Source: Nostoc sp. DedSLP01 (GTDB lineage Bacteria; Cyanobacteriota; Cyanobacteriia; Cyanobacteriales; Nostocaceae). Taken from it: a stretch of 64,000 bases of DNA. The position numbers and the translations under genes were made by a program. The notes under the pieces are model-generated. The model did no database searches and was not told the origin of the DNA. It worked only from the letters and a program-made list of their open reading frames with translations. This document shows positions 50,760 to 60,951 of this stretch, piece after piece. The DNA is taken from positions 1-64,000 of the forward strand of contig JAVRCJ020000005.1 of NCBI GenBank assembly GCA_034530875.2, in the 5' to 3' direction. How positions within the stretch are numbered: the stretch's first letter is position 1; each line of letters starts with the position of its first letter.

Positions 50760-51602
50760 ATGGCAGAAAGTAATTTTAAACGACAGTTAGTAATTATTGG
50801 CGGAGCCGAAGACAAAGAAGGAGATTCCCAAATTCTACGGGAATTTGTACGCCGCGCTGGAGGCACAAAAGCAAATATTGTGATTATGACAGCGGCGACA
50901 GAACTACCCAGAGAAGTGGGAGAAAATTATATTAGAGTGTTTGAGCGATTAGGAGCCGAAAATGTCCGTATCGTTGATACAGAAACTCGCGATGATGCGT
51001 CTTCATCTACGGCATTGAAAGCCATTGACAATGCAACTGGCATATTTTTTACCGGCGGAGACCAAGCCCGCATCACCGGTATCCTCAAAGATACTGACAT
51101 CGATGCAGCGATTCACAAACGCTATGCTGAAGGTGCAGTTATTGCAGGTACCAGTGCTGGAGCTGCGGTAATGCCAGATAAAATGATTGTGGAAGGTGAT
51201 TCGCAAACCAACCCGCGGATCGAAACTGTGGAAATGGGCCCCGGTATGGGATTTCTCCCAGGAGTAGTTATCGATCAACATTTTTCTCAGCGTGGAAGAT
51301 TGGGACGCTTAATTTCCGCCTTGGTACTAGAGCCGGCTGTTTTGGGATTCGGTATTGATGAAAATACCGCGATGGTTGTGACAGATAATCACATTGAAGT
51401 GATTGGCGAAGGCGCGGTCACAATTGTCGATGAATCGGAAGCTACATATAACAATGTGGATGAAATTTTGAAAGATGAGCCGTTGGCGATTTGTGGAGCC
51501 AAGCTACATATTTTACCACATGGCTTTAAATTCGACCTGCAAACCCGCAAACCTATTCTCAATAATGGCTCTGTGCCAAATGTCTCTGTAGGGGTTAGTT
51601 GA
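50760..51602 (+). CDS. cphB2: cyanophycinase
   Basis: IIGGAEDK, GGDQ, GTSAGA, DQHFSQRGRLGRL, GIDENT. Confidence 0.92.
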   Translation: MAESNFKRQLVIIGGAEDKEGDSQILREFVRRAGGTKANIVIMTAATELPREVGENYIRVFERLGAENVRIVDTETRDDASSSTALKAIDNATGIFFTGGDQARITGILKDTDIDAAIHKRYAEGAVIAGTSAGAAVMPDKMIVEGDSQTNPRIETVEMGPGMGFLPGVVIDQHFSQRGRLGRLISALVLEPAVLGFGIDENTAMVVTDNHIEVIGEGAVTIVDESEATYNNVDEILKDEPLAICGAKLHILPHGFKFDLQTRKPILNNGSVPNVSVGVS

Positions 51603-51707
51603 TTTAAGTCCTGTGACTCCAAATCGTCGAAGCAGAGTTACTATTTCTTATATATTAAGAATTAGTTAATAAACGTTTAATTTAGCAAAATGCAGTCATC
51701 ATAAAAT

Positions 51708-51739
51708 ACTGGGAAATTCTTGAATTTTCCCAGTTTTTT
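51708..51739 (+). terminator. intrinsic terminator after cphB2
   Basis: ACTGGGAAA...TTTCCCAGT followed by a T-tract. Confidence 0.65.
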
Positions 51740-51768
51740 GGTATCTTAGCTCAGTAAGTAACTTGACG

Positions 51769-52557
51769 ATGAAAGCCATAATATTAGCTGCTGGTGTTGG
51801 ACGACGCTTGGGTAAAGATGGGCAAATCCAACCCAAATGCTTGCTGAAGTTTAACGGCAAATCTTTATTAGAGCGCCATTTGAACTATCTTCGTGATTAC
51901 CAAATAGACGAAGTAGTAATTGCCGTGGGTTACCAGGCAGAAAAAATTCAGGATGAAATCAAAGCGTTGGGAGCAGAAAATTGGGTTATTACGGTTTACA
52001 ATCCTGACTATACCAAAGGTAGTGTTATCAGTTTGTGGGCTTTACGCCAACATCTCGCTGCTGGTGGCGATTTATTGTTAATGGATGCCGATGTTTTGTA
52101 CGATCGCCACATTATCGAACGATTAGTAAAAACAAATATCTTTAATTGTTTCTTGCTGGATCGAGATTTTGAACCGGGAGATGAACCCGTAAAGCTTTGC
52201 GTCAAGGACGGTTATCTAGTGGAGTTTCGCAAGCAAGTGCCTTTGAACCTGGCTTATGATTTGCAAGGTGAGTCAGTGGGATTCTTTCGCTTTGAAAATG
52301 CGATCGCTCGCCGTCTCGCCAGCCGTACAGAACAATATGTTACTGACGGACTGCACGACCAACCTTATGAAGAAGTAATTCGGGATTTACTATTAGAAAC
52401 TCCAGAAGTATTCGGTTACGAAGATATCACTGGTTTAGCTTGGATTGAAATTGATTTTTCAGAAGATATTCAACGTGCCGAAAACGAAATTCTACCGCAA
52501 ATTGAAATAGCAGAAAATAGAATTCAGAATTCAGAATTCAGAAGTAAAACAGACTGA
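51769..52557 (+). CDS. phosphocholine/phosphonate cytidylyltransferase family (PntC/LicC-like)
   Basis: ILAAGVGRRL, PKCLL, MDADV, GESVG, WIEIDF. Confidence 0.85.
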   Translation: MKAIILAAGVGRRLGKDGQIQPKCLLKFNGKSLLERHLNYLRDYQIDEVVIAVGYQAEKIQDEIKALGAENWVITVYNPDYTKGSVISLWALRQHLAAGGDLLLMDADVLYDRHIIERLVKTNIFNCFLLDRDFEPGDEPVKLCVKDGYLVEFRKQVPLNLAYDLQGESVGFFRFENAIARRLASRTEQYVTDGLHDQPYEEVIRDLLLETPEVFGYEDITGLAWIEIDFSEDIQRAENEILPQIEIAENRIQNSEFRSKTD

Positions 52558-52727
52558 AATCGTGGGTATAAGACAGAGAATGTCTACTCCACCAAGCTGA
52601 AATTTGCTTTAAACACCAAGATTTGTTTGAGGATCGACACAGATAATTCTTTTTGTTTATCTTTGGTTAAAAAGCATAAGACTCAGATTTTTGCAATTTA
52701 TTTGAAACGTTAAAACAAGCAAAATAG

Positions 52728-54383
52728 ATGGATAAAATATTTACACCCGTCGTCAACACTGCAAACTTAAGTAAGTGTTCTCAACTGCGGACATTATTAG
52801 AATCGCCTCAACTTGAATTCATCATGGAAGCTCACAATGGAATTAGCGCCCGCATTGTGGAAGAGGCTGGATTTAAAGGCATTTGGGCGAGTGGATTAGC
52901 TCTTTCGGCTCAATATGGCGTTCGGGATAATAACGAAGCCAGCTGGACTCAAGTTGTAGAAATGCTAGAGTTCATGTCTGATGTTACCAGCATCCCGATT
53001 TTATTAGATGGCGATACAGGTTATGGCAACTTTAATAATATGCGTCGCTTGGTTAAGAAGTTAGAACAGCGAGGTATCGCTGGAGTTTGCATTGAGGATA
53101 AACTTTTTCCCAAAACCAATAGCTTTATTAACGGTAGCCGTCAACCCTTGGCTGAGATTGATGAATTCTGCGGCAAAATTAAAGCTGGTAAAGATAGCCA
53201 AACACATCCCGATTTCTGTATCGTCGCCCGACTCGAAGCCTTAATCGCCGGTTGGGATCTCTCAGAAGCATTGCGGCGAGCTGAAGCTTACCATGCAGCA
53301 GGCGCAAACGCTATTTTGATTCACAGTAAATCATCCCGTCCCGACCAAGTGCTAGCCTTTGCCAAAGAATGGGCGGGGCGCTCTCCATTAGTAATTATAC
53401 CGACCAAATATTACAGCACCGCTACTGATGTGTTTCGCAAAGCTGAAATTAATTTGGTCATCTGGGCAAATCACATGATTCGAGCTGCTGTTGCCAGTAT
53501 GCAAGCGATCGCCCGCGAAGTTCAAGCCAGCGAAACTTTAATCAACATTGAAGATGATATTGCACCAGTAAAGGAAATTTTCCGCTTACAAGGAGCCGAC
53601 GAACTCCTAGAAGCCGAAAAACGCTACTTTAGTAACGGACGCCATCATACTCAAGCGATCGTTTTAGCTGCTAGTAGAGGGCAAGAATTAGCAGGATTGA
53701 CTTTAGATAAACCAAAAGTCATGTTACCCCTTGGAGGTAAACCGCTGCTGAGACTTTTGGTAGACAAATTTAAGAAACTTGCCATTAACGATATTACTGT
53801 TGTTGCAGGTTACAAAGCAGAAACTATTAACGTTACGGGGACAAAAGTAATTCGTAACCCAGATTATGAAACAACCGGAGAATTAGCATCCTTAACCTGC
53901 GCTCAAGCCAGCTTCGCCGATGAAATGTTAGTAATTTACGGCGATTTACTATTTAGAAGCTATATCTTGCGGGATTTATTAGAATGTCCTGGAGAAATTG
54001 TGGCTGTGGTTGATTCTGTTATCAACTCTAAATCGGTCAGCGGTTCCCCTGACTATGCTTATTGTTCGGTTGCAGATGACCTTTCCATCTTCGGACAAGA
54101 CGTTAATCTTTTGCACGTCTCCAAAGCAACCCAAACTCACTTGGGGAATTCCTGCGGACGCTGGATAGGAATGTTGCGCTTACGCAGTCAAGGAAGACAA
54201 TGGGTGAGTGAAGCACTCAAGGAATTGCAAACGCGATCGGAATTTAATAGTTTGGGTTTGCCGGAATTGTGCAATTATTTAATCGAGCAAGGTAAACCAA
54301 TCAAAGTGCTTTACATTCGCGGTAACTGGTTAGATGTTAATTCCTTAGATGACCTTGATTTAGCCTTTCAAATGAAACAATAA
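52728..54383 (+). CDS. pepM: phosphoenolpyruvate mutase fused to a C-terminal NTP-transferase domain
   Basis: Diagnostic [10 protein letters not shown] (EDKxxxxxNS), DGDTGYG; C-terminal VLAASRG...PKVML...YGD. Confidence 0.95.
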   Translation: MDKIFTPVVNTANLSKCSQLRTLLESPQLEFIMEAHNGISARIVEEAGFKGIWASGLALSAQYGVRDNNEASWTQVVEMLEFMSDVTSIPILLDGDTGYGNFNNMRRLVKKLEQRGIAGVCIEDKLFPKTNSFINGSRQPLAEIDEFCGKIKAGKDSQTHPDFCIVARLEALIAGWDLSEALRRAEAYHAAGANAILIHSKSSRPDQVLAFAKEWAGRSPLVIIPTKYYSTATDVFRKAEINLVIWANHMIRAAVASMQAIAREVQASETLINIEDDIAPVKEIFRLQGADELLEAEKRYFSNGRHHTQAIVLAASRGQELAGLTLDKPKVMLPLGGKPLLRLLVDKFKKLAINDITVVAGYKAETINVTGTKVIRNPDYETTGELASLTCAQASFADEMLVIYGDLLFRSYILRDLLECPGEIVAVVDSVINSKSVSGSPDYAYCSVADDLSIFGQDVNLLHVSKATQTHLGNSCGRWIGMLRLRSQGRQWVSEALKELQTRSEFNSLGLPELCNYLIEQGKPIKVLYIRGNWLDVNSLDDLDLAFQMKQ

Positions 54384-54452
54384 GGAATGGGCATGGGGCA
54401 TTGGGCATGGGGCATGGGGCATTGGGGGATGAACTCGAACGTTGGGCCTTTT

Positions 54453-54558
54453 TATACCAATTCAATTAATGATTGCAACACATCCTTGGGTCAAGACGCG
54501 ATGAATCGCGTCTCTACAAATAGACCTATTTGTGGCATTCTTTTTTCCAATTGGTATT
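54453..54558. repeat. MITE-like element with an SDR core, between STRR arrays
   Basis: TATACCAATT...AGACGCGATGAATCGCGTCTCTAC...AATTGGTA; similar start at ~47414. Confidence 0.6.
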
Positions 54559-54720
54559 ACTGGAACATTGAGCCTTTTTACTTGAATGTTGAACCCCTGA
54601 ACTCGAAACTTTCAGTTTTAACTCTCCCTCATCATCTTCCATACCCAATGCCCCATGCCCAATGCCCAATGCCCAATGCCCAATACCCAATACCCAATGC
54701 CCAATGCCCCATAATTATTT

Positions 54721-55902
54721 ATGATTGAAGCAAAGGAATTTGTCGAAGCTGCTCGTAATTTTGGTTTTGATTGGTATGCTGGTGTACCTTGTTCTTTTCT
54801 CACGCCTTTTATTAACTACGTCATTAATGACCCTCAACTGACTTATATTTCCGCAGCTAATGAGGGAGATGCAGTGGCGATCGCCTCTGGAGCTACAATT
54901 GCTGGTAAACATGCAGTGGTGATGATGCAAAATTCTGGTTTGGGGAATGCAGTTAACCCGCTGACTTCTCTAAATTATATTTTTCGGATTCCACTCTTAA
55001 TTATTTGTACGCTAAGAGGCGATCGCAATTTACAAGATGAACCGCAACATGAATTAATGGGGCAAATCACAGATAAATTGCTGGAAACTATGACTGTACC
55101 TTGGGAATTTTTTCCCACAGATGCAGCAGAAATAGAACCAGTCTTGCAAAGAGCCACAGCTTATATGCAAAAAGAACGCCGTCCTTATGCTCTAATTATG
55201 CGTAAGGGAACAGTTGCGCCCCATGCACTCACCCGTTCTTCTATCCCCAAACGCGAAGATAACAATGACGCTCATATTCAGCAAACCTTTTTTAAGGGTA
55301 ACCAAGAACAACGGATTTCTCGCAACCAAGCTTTAGCTCGAATTGTCGAACTCATTGATGCTGAAAATACAGTAATCATTGCTACTACAGGTTACACTGG
55401 TCGCGAACTCTTCGCCAGTAAAGACAGCGCCAATCATCTTTATATGGTTGGGTCGATGGGTTGTGCTTCCTCAATGGGATTGGGGCTTTCCTTAGCGCGT
55501 CCAGATCTCAAGGTTGTAGTCATTGATGGCGATGGCGCAGCGTTAATGCGCATGGGTAATTTTGCGACTATCGGCACTTATGCTGGTGCGAATTTAATCC
55601 ATATTCTCTTAGATAATGAAGTCCACGATTCCACAGGCGCACAAGCCACCGTCTCTTTTGGTATTTCCTTTGCCAAAATTGCCGAAGCCTGCGGTTATGG
55701 CGTCACATTAGCCGGAGACGACCCCGCGCTTTTAGATACTTTATTCACCGCAGATACGAAAAGTAGACCGAAATTTGCTCATCTCAAAATCCGTCCCGGA
55801 ACCCTAGAAAAGCTACCTCGACCCAACCTGATCCCGGAAGCAGTGTTGCAACGCTTCGTGAAACGTATTGAGGGAGTGGGGAGTGGGGAAATAGGGAGAT
55901 AG
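54721..55902 (+). CDS. aepY: phosphonopyruvate decarboxylase
   Basis: GVPCS, ANEGDAV, QNSGLGN, DEPQH, MVGSMG, TPP motif DGDGAALM. Confidence 0.93.
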   Translation: MIEAKEFVEAARNFGFDWYAGVPCSFLTPFINYVINDPQLTYISAANEGDAVAIASGATIAGKHAVVMMQNSGLGNAVNPLTSLNYIFRIPLLIICTLRGDRNLQDEPQHELMGQITDKLLETMTVPWEFFPTDAAEIEPVLQRATAYMQKERRPYALIMRKGTVAPHALTRSSIPKREDNNDAHIQQTFFKGNQEQRISRNQALARIVELIDAENTVIIATTGYTGRELFASKDSANHLYMVGSMGCASSMGLGLSLARPDLKVVVIDGDGAALMRMGNFATIGTYAGANLIHILLDNEVHDSTGAQATVSFGISFAKIAEACGYGVTLAGDDPALLDTLFTADTKSRPKFAHLKIRPGTLEKLPRPNLIPEAVLQRFVKRIEGVGSGEIGR

Positions 55903-56029
55903 GGAGATGGGAAGATAGAGAAGTGTGGGGAGTGTGGGGAGTGTGGGGAGTGTGGGGGAAAGATTTCTTCCCCATCGTCCCACACCTCCCACACCTCCTG
56001 TTTGCCCCATGCCCAATGACCAATGACCA

Positions 56030-57127
56030 ATGACTAATAACAAAATGATTTTACTAAATCCCGGCCCTGTTAATTTGAGCGATCGCGTGAGGAATGCGCT
56101 GTTAAGTCCCGATTTGTGTCATCGGGAAGTGGAATTTTCTCAGTTGCAAAGCAGAATCAGAGAGCAATTACTTCAAGTTTACGATCTAGCAGGCGATCGC
56201 TGGGCAGCAGTTTTACTCACCGGTTCCGGTACAGCAGCGATGGAAGCTATGGTCAGCAGCTTAGTACCCAGGAATGGGAAATTGCTGGTAATTGAAAATG
56301 GCGTGTATGGCGAAAGAATATCCAAAATTGCCAAAATCCACGACATTAATTACCTCACACTTTCCCATGCTTGGGATGCAGAAATAGATATCAAGGGTTT
56401 AATTCAACTCTTGGATGAAAACGCCGATATCACCCACCTTGCTGTCGTCCATCACGAAACTACTACTGGTCGCCTGAATAATTTGGTAGAAATTGCTGCA
56501 ATTTGTCAGCAACGCCGCATTCAAATATTAGTAGATGCAGTCAGCAGCTTTGGTGCCGAGGAACTGAATTTTGAGGCTTGGGGAATCACCGCTTGTGCTG
56601 CAACAGCCAATAAATGTCTGCATGGTGTCCCTGGTACATCCTTTGTCATCTTACGACGTGATGCATTGGCGTCATCAGATACAATTCCCCGCAGCTTATA
56701 TTTAGATTTAGCAACCTATTGCCAACAGCAAGATAAAGGCGGTACACCTTTTACTCAATCAGTGCAGACATTTTATGCTTTAGCAGAAGCTTTGCAAGAA
56801 ATGACAGAAGCAGGAGGATGGCGTGCTAGACACAGCTATTACAGCCAACTTGCAAACTTAGTCAGGGACGGGTTAATTTCAATAGGAATTAAACCACTAC
56901 TTCTTCAAGGAAATTCATCTGTAGTTTTGAATGCTTATTATTTGCCAGATAATTTCAGCTATGAAGAATTTCACGACCAACTCAAAGCACAGGATTATGT
57001 AATTTATTCTGGACAAGGAAACTTATCTCAATCTATCTTTCGAGTATCGACAATGGGAGCTATTACTCAGGCTGACATGGAACGATTTATTGCTGTTGTT
57101 AAACAAATTATTTCAAAAGGATATTAA
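56030..57127 (+). CDS. aepZ: 2-aminoethylphosphonate aminotransferase (class V PLP)
   Basis: LLNPGP, GSGTAAME, HHETTTG, DAVSSFG, ANKCLHG. Confidence 0.9.
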   Translation: MTNNKMILLNPGPVNLSDRVRNALLSPDLCHREVEFSQLQSRIREQLLQVYDLAGDRWAAVLLTGSGTAAMEAMVSSLVPRNGKLLVIENGVYGERISKIAKIHDINYLTLSHAWDAEIDIKGLIQLLDENADITHLAVVHHETTTGRLNNLVEIAAICQQRRIQILVDAVSSFGAEELNFEAWGITACAATANKCLHGVPGTSFVILRRDALASSDTIPRSLYLDLATYCQQQDKGGTPFTQSVQTFYALAEALQEMTEAGGWRARHSYYSQLANLVRDGLISIGIKPLLLQGNSSVVLNAYYLPDNFSYEEFHDQLKAQDYVIYSGQGNLSQSIFRVSTMGAITQADMERFIAVVKQIISKGY

Positions 57128-57176
57128 AAAGTAAAAATGATGACTTGTTATGGCGCTTGTGTTTCCCAAGCCTAAT

Positions 57177-57692
57177 CTAGTCGAATGACAAAAGTACTAT
57201 GTCGCCCTTTTGTGCTGCTATATTGAAAAACTTAATTAACTGAACTTGTAGTTCGAGAAATTGCGGCTCCATGTATATTCTACTCTGGTGAGGCACAAGC
57301 AGATTGTCAAGACGCGACTTGAATTCTTCCTGTGAAATGTGATTTAAGGCCTCAGCTATCTCATTAACCTCACTTACAGTTAGATAACGTACCATGCCAT
57401 AAGTAGCTTCCCAAGGTGTTGCTGAACCCCCCATAAATAATTTATGCAGCAATGTGTCACCCTTGTTGTCAGTATCGTATGGAAAATCGCCTGTAAATAG
57501 GAAATGAAGTGATTGCCAATGCTTATCAAGATCTAGATAGCGATCGCTATTTCTTAAAGCTTCAAAGTAAGTATAAATTTCTTCATCCGTTTCTAAATCA
57601 TCACCAAAAAAAATACTTGCGTAGGCAACATCATTTTGCAATCTTTCAAATTTTCTAGGCGTTACACGTCTATAACTGGCTGCAATACCCAT
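57177..57692 (-). CDS. YfbM/DUF1877 family protein
   Basis: LDLDKHWQSLHFLFTG, YGMVRYLT..EV..IA..L. Confidence 0.85.
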   Translation of the reverse strand: MGIAASYRRVTPRKFERLQNDVAYASIFFGDDLETDEEIYTYFEALRNSDRYLDLDKHWQSLHFLFTGDFPYDTDNKGDTLLHKLFMGGSATPWEATYGMVRYLTVSEVNEIAEALNHISQEEFKSRLDNLLVPHQSRIYMEPQFLELQVQLIKFFNIAAQKGDIVLLSFD

Positions 57693-57907
57693 ACAAAGAG
57701 AGGTAGAGGTTAACCCAAGTTTATACAAATTGATTATCTTACAAACAATATTAAAGCTGCATCACTTGAAGTAAAAGTAGAGAATATGATAGTTAAGGGT
57801 GAGCAAAAAGGTTGTGAGTAACACAACAGCTAGCCTTTTCTTATGGCGCCATTTGTAGTTCGTAGACTAGTGACAAACACGATTTTGCGATAAAGGAAAA
57901 TAAATAT

Positions 57908-58168
57908 ATGAATATTCAGCTTGTTCAATCTTTAGCCAATGCAATCAAAGCTTTGTCTCCTGAAGAACGAGAGCTATTAAACCAATTAACAAATCAATCT
58001 AATTGGCAAGAGTTAAGACCAAAAATTTTAGCAAATGCTCAAGTTATTCAGCAACGACTTAGCGATCGATCTTTAAAGCCAAATATTGACGAAATTATTC
58101 ATCAAATACGAGAAGAACGGGATGGAGAATTCATAGCAGATTTGTTTCCCATTGAAGAAAAATCATGA
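57908..58168 (+). CDS. putative antitoxin partner of the PIN toxin
   Basis: 86-aa gene overlapping the PIN gene by ATGA. Confidence 0.65.
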   Translation: MNIQLVQSLANAIKALSPEERELLNQLTNQSNWQELRPKILANAQVIQQRLSDRSLKPNIDEIIHQIREERDGEFIADLFPIEEKS

Positions 58169-58733
58169 CTGTAAAAATTATTTGTGTGGATGCTAATTTC
58201 GTAGTGAAATTAATTACCAATGCTTTAGAAACATCACCTTATCTAACATTGTGGGATGAATGGGAGCAAACCCAAACCCAGATTATTGCTCCAACCCTCT
58301 TATGTTATGAAGTTACCAATGTATTTCATCGAATGAAGCTGGCGAAACAACTACTGAGTACAGAAGCCCAACAATGTCTCAGAGCTAATTTGTAAACTCA
58401 AGTAAAGTACTTATTCAATAAGGGTTTCAGTAATTTAACTCAATACAGCACTTGTTCGCTGAAACTCAGACCTAGTAATGAGTTGAGTACCCTTAAGATT
58501 TTCTTTACGAATCAGCTCTCAACAATGCTCTAAATTTAGCCATTCAATTTTATAGCGATCGCCAACTTCATCAACAAGCCTGGGAAATCGCCCAACAATT
58601 AAACCTCTCTGCTGCTTATGATGCTCATTATTTAGCATTAGCTCAAAGATTTCAAGCAGATTTTTACACAGGCGATAAACGTTTGTATAACAGTGTGAAT
58701 TCTGCTTTGCCTTGGATTCATTTGGTTGAATAA
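58165..58733 (+). pseudogene. vapC: VapC/PIN-domain toxin interrupted by a MITE
   Basis: ICVDAN...APTLLCYEV...EAQQCL | insertion | NNALNL...AYDAHYLALA...FYTGDKRL...VE*. Confidence 0.88.
58382..58518. mobile_element. 137-bp MITE with GAG-starting TIRs and 3-bp TCA target duplication
   Basis: TCA|GAGCTAATTTGTAAA...TTTACGAATCAGCTC|TCA; removal restores the vapC frame. Confidence 0.88.
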
Positions 58734-58815
58734 TCTACAAGAATGAATAGAGAAGCGGAACAACTCTTGCTCCGCTAGATGTCAGCCCGTAGGCCAAATA
58801 TTTTAATTGCTACTT

Positions 58816-59835
58816 TTAATTTCTACCAAACACACTAGTCAGGGCACGTGCCATATTTTGAGGTTGCATCGCATCCATTGCAGCGGTGGGTTCGTACCCG
58901 CAGTGAACCATGCAATCGGCACACTTGGGATTACCACTCTTGCGGCCGTATTTACTCCAGTCAGTTTGAGTTATTAATTCCTGGAAACTAGAGTAATAAC
59001 CTTCATTCAGCAGATAGCAAGGTTTTTGCCAACCGAGAACGCTATAACTTGGACTACCCCAAGGCGTGCATTCATAGTCTTTCTCACCGATGAGAAAATC
59101 TAAGAATAGCGGATTGTGATTGAAGTTCCAGTTTTTTGCACCGGTTTTGTATGGAGCCAGAATTTCTCGGAACAGGGCGCGTGTTTGTTCTCGCTGGAGA
59201 AAATGATCTTGATCTGGTGCCCACTCATAACTGTAGCCAGGAGAAATCATCATCCCGTCGGTATTGAGTGTTTCCAGAAAATCAAAGAACTCTTGCATAT
59301 CTTTGGGGTCAGTACCCTCAAAGATAGTGGTGTTAGTAGTGACGCGAAAACCTCTGGCTTTAGCGGCGCGAATGGCTTGCACTGCAATATCAAAAACACC
59401 TTTGCGATCGACACAGCGATCGTGCAATTCCCGCATTCCATCTAGATGCACGCTGAAAGTCAGATAAGGTGAAGGTTGAAACTTATCCAGGCTCTTTTCT
59501 AATAACAATCCATTGGTACACAAGTAAATGTACTTTTTGCGCTCGACTAATCCCCGCACAATCTCATCAATTTGGGGATGTAGCAGAGGTTCTCCCCCAG
59601 GAATTGAGACAACCGGCGCGCCACACTCTTCCACTGCGGCGAAGCACTGTTCTGGGGTGAGGTTTTGCTTTAATATTTCCTTCGGATGTTGGATTTTACC
59701 ACAACCTGTACACGCTAGATTACACCGAAAAAGAGGCTCCAACATTAAGACTAAAGGAAAGCGTTTGCGTCCCAACAGACGTTGAGTCACCAGATACTTG
59801 CCGATATCTATAGCTTGTTGTAAGTTAACTCCCAT
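58816..59835 (-). CDS. hpnH: adenosyl-hopene transferase (radical SAM)
   Basis: [36 protein letters not shown]. Confidence 0.95.
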   Translation of the reverse strand: MGVNLQQAIDIGKYLVTQRLLGRKRFPLVLMLEPLFRCNLACTGCGKIQHPKEILKQNLTPEQCFAAVEECGAPVVSIPGGEPLLHPQIDEIVRGLVERKKYIYLCTNGLLLEKSLDKFQPSPYLTFSVHLDGMRELHDRCVDRKGVFDIAVQAIRAAKARGFRVTTNTTIFEGTDPKDMQEFFDFLETLNTDGMMISPGYSYEWAPDQDHFLQREQTRALFREILAPYKTGAKNWNFNHNPLFLDFLIGEKDYECTPWGSPSYSVLGWQKPCYLLNEGYYSSFQELITQTDWSKYGRKSGNPKCADCMVHCGYEPTAAMDAMQPQNMARALTSVFGRN

Positions 59836-59898
59836 TATTCCGATCGCTCCTCTTTAAGATATAGAAACACCACTGTCGGGGTACAAAGCATTGCGCCC

Positions 59899-60909
59899 CT
59901 ATTTGCACTCATTAACGTAACCCTGAGCAACAAACCAATCCACAGCATCCTGGAGTGCCGTCTTGAGGGGAGATTGGGGTAAACCCAACTCTCGCACTGC
60001 CTTGGCGGGATTGTAATACATAGGTTGTTTGGCCATGCGAACGCCATCTATAGGCACTGAAGGCGATTTCCCCAATGGTGCGAGAATTTTTTCATCAACC
60101 CAAGCAACACTCAAAGGTAACCAAGCTGGTAAACTCCGCTGAGGTGCCATTAAACCTGTAATTTCGGCGAGTTGTTCGAGTAGTTGTTTGAGACTGAGGT
60201 TTTGATGACCCAAAATATAGCGATCGCCACATTTACCCTTATACAAAGCCAGTAAATGCCCCCATGCTACATCCCGCACATCGATAAAATTCAAACCAGT
60301 ATCTAAGTAAAACGGCATTTGTCTCCGTAAAAACCGCAGTATTATATCACCTGTCGGCGTAGGTTTGATATCCAATGGGCCAATGGGACTGCTGGGATTG
60401 ACTATAACTACCTCCTGACCTTGAGCAGCTGCTTTTATAGCTTCTTGTTCGGCCAGATATTTAGACTTTTTGTAGTTACCCACCAACTTTTCTAAGGGAC
60501 TTTGATGTGTTTCATCAACGACTTTACCAGACGAACCCACCCCAATAGCTGCCACCGAACTGGTATAAACGGTGCGCTCAATCCCCGCTTTTTGGGCTGC
60601 TGCTAGCACATTGCGCGTACCGAGAACATTGTGACGGTGGAGTAATTCTCGATCTGCTTGCCATAGAGAATAATGGGCTGCCACATGAAACAGGTATTGA
60701 CAATCGCTCATTTTTTCCCAGAGATTTGCATCGTTCAAATCGCCTTTGACAATTTCCACCTCCAGACCGTGTAGATTTTGCAGATTGCTGCTAGGGCGTA
60801 CCAGTGCTTTAACCGTATATCCTTCTTGGAGCAGCAATCGTACCAAGTGGGCACCAATAAAACCCGTACCCCCGGTGACAAAAGCCGTTTTGGATTTTGG
60901 ATTGTTCAA
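59899..60909 (-). CDS. hpnA: hopanoid-associated sugar epimerase
   Basis: TGGTGFIG, HVAAHYSLW, YKKSK, DIKPTPTG; next to hpnH. Confidence 0.9.
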   Translation of the reverse strand: MNNPKSKTAFVTGGTGFIGAHLVRLLLQEGYTVKALVRPSSNLQNLHGLEVEIVKGDLNDANLWEKMSDCQYLFHVAAHYSLWQADRELLHRHNVLGTRNVLAAAQKAGIERTVYTSSVAAIGVGSSGKVVDETHQSPLEKLVGNYKKSKYLAEQEAIKAAAQGQEVVIVNPSSPIGPLDIKPTPTGDIILRFLRRQMPFYLDTGLNFIDVRDVAWGHLLALYKGKCGDRYILGHQNLSLKQLLEQLAEITGLMAPQRSLPAWLPLSVAWVDEKILAPLGKSPSVPIDGVRMAKQPMYYNPAKAVRELGLPQSPLKTALQDAVDWFVAQGYVNECK

Positions 60910-60951
60910 TTTGGAATTCCCCTATTTTCAATTTTAGATACAGAAACAATC

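Noticed and set aside
54387..54728. 113-aa ORF between pepM and ppd, and similar ORFs at 33007-33195, 46586-46771, 55779-56043, 28733-29078
   Set aside because: Translations are dominated by STRR/SDR repeats (MGHWAW, PMPNAQ, PHTPH); spurious
56030..57127. Catabolic phnW for AEP degradation
   Set aside because: Co-oriented with pepM and ppd, with no phnX/phnA or transporter, so a biosynthetic role is more likely
50760..57127. Functional link or operon between cyanophycinase and the phosphonate genes
   Set aside because: A terminator at ~51708-51739 separates them and cphA2/cphB2 is a known independent unit; adjacency alone is insufficient
51769..60909. Phosphonate-modified hopanoids suggested by pepM-cluster and hpnH/hpnA proximity
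   Set aside because: Opposite strands, separated by DUF1877 and a TA pair; no linking transferase is visible
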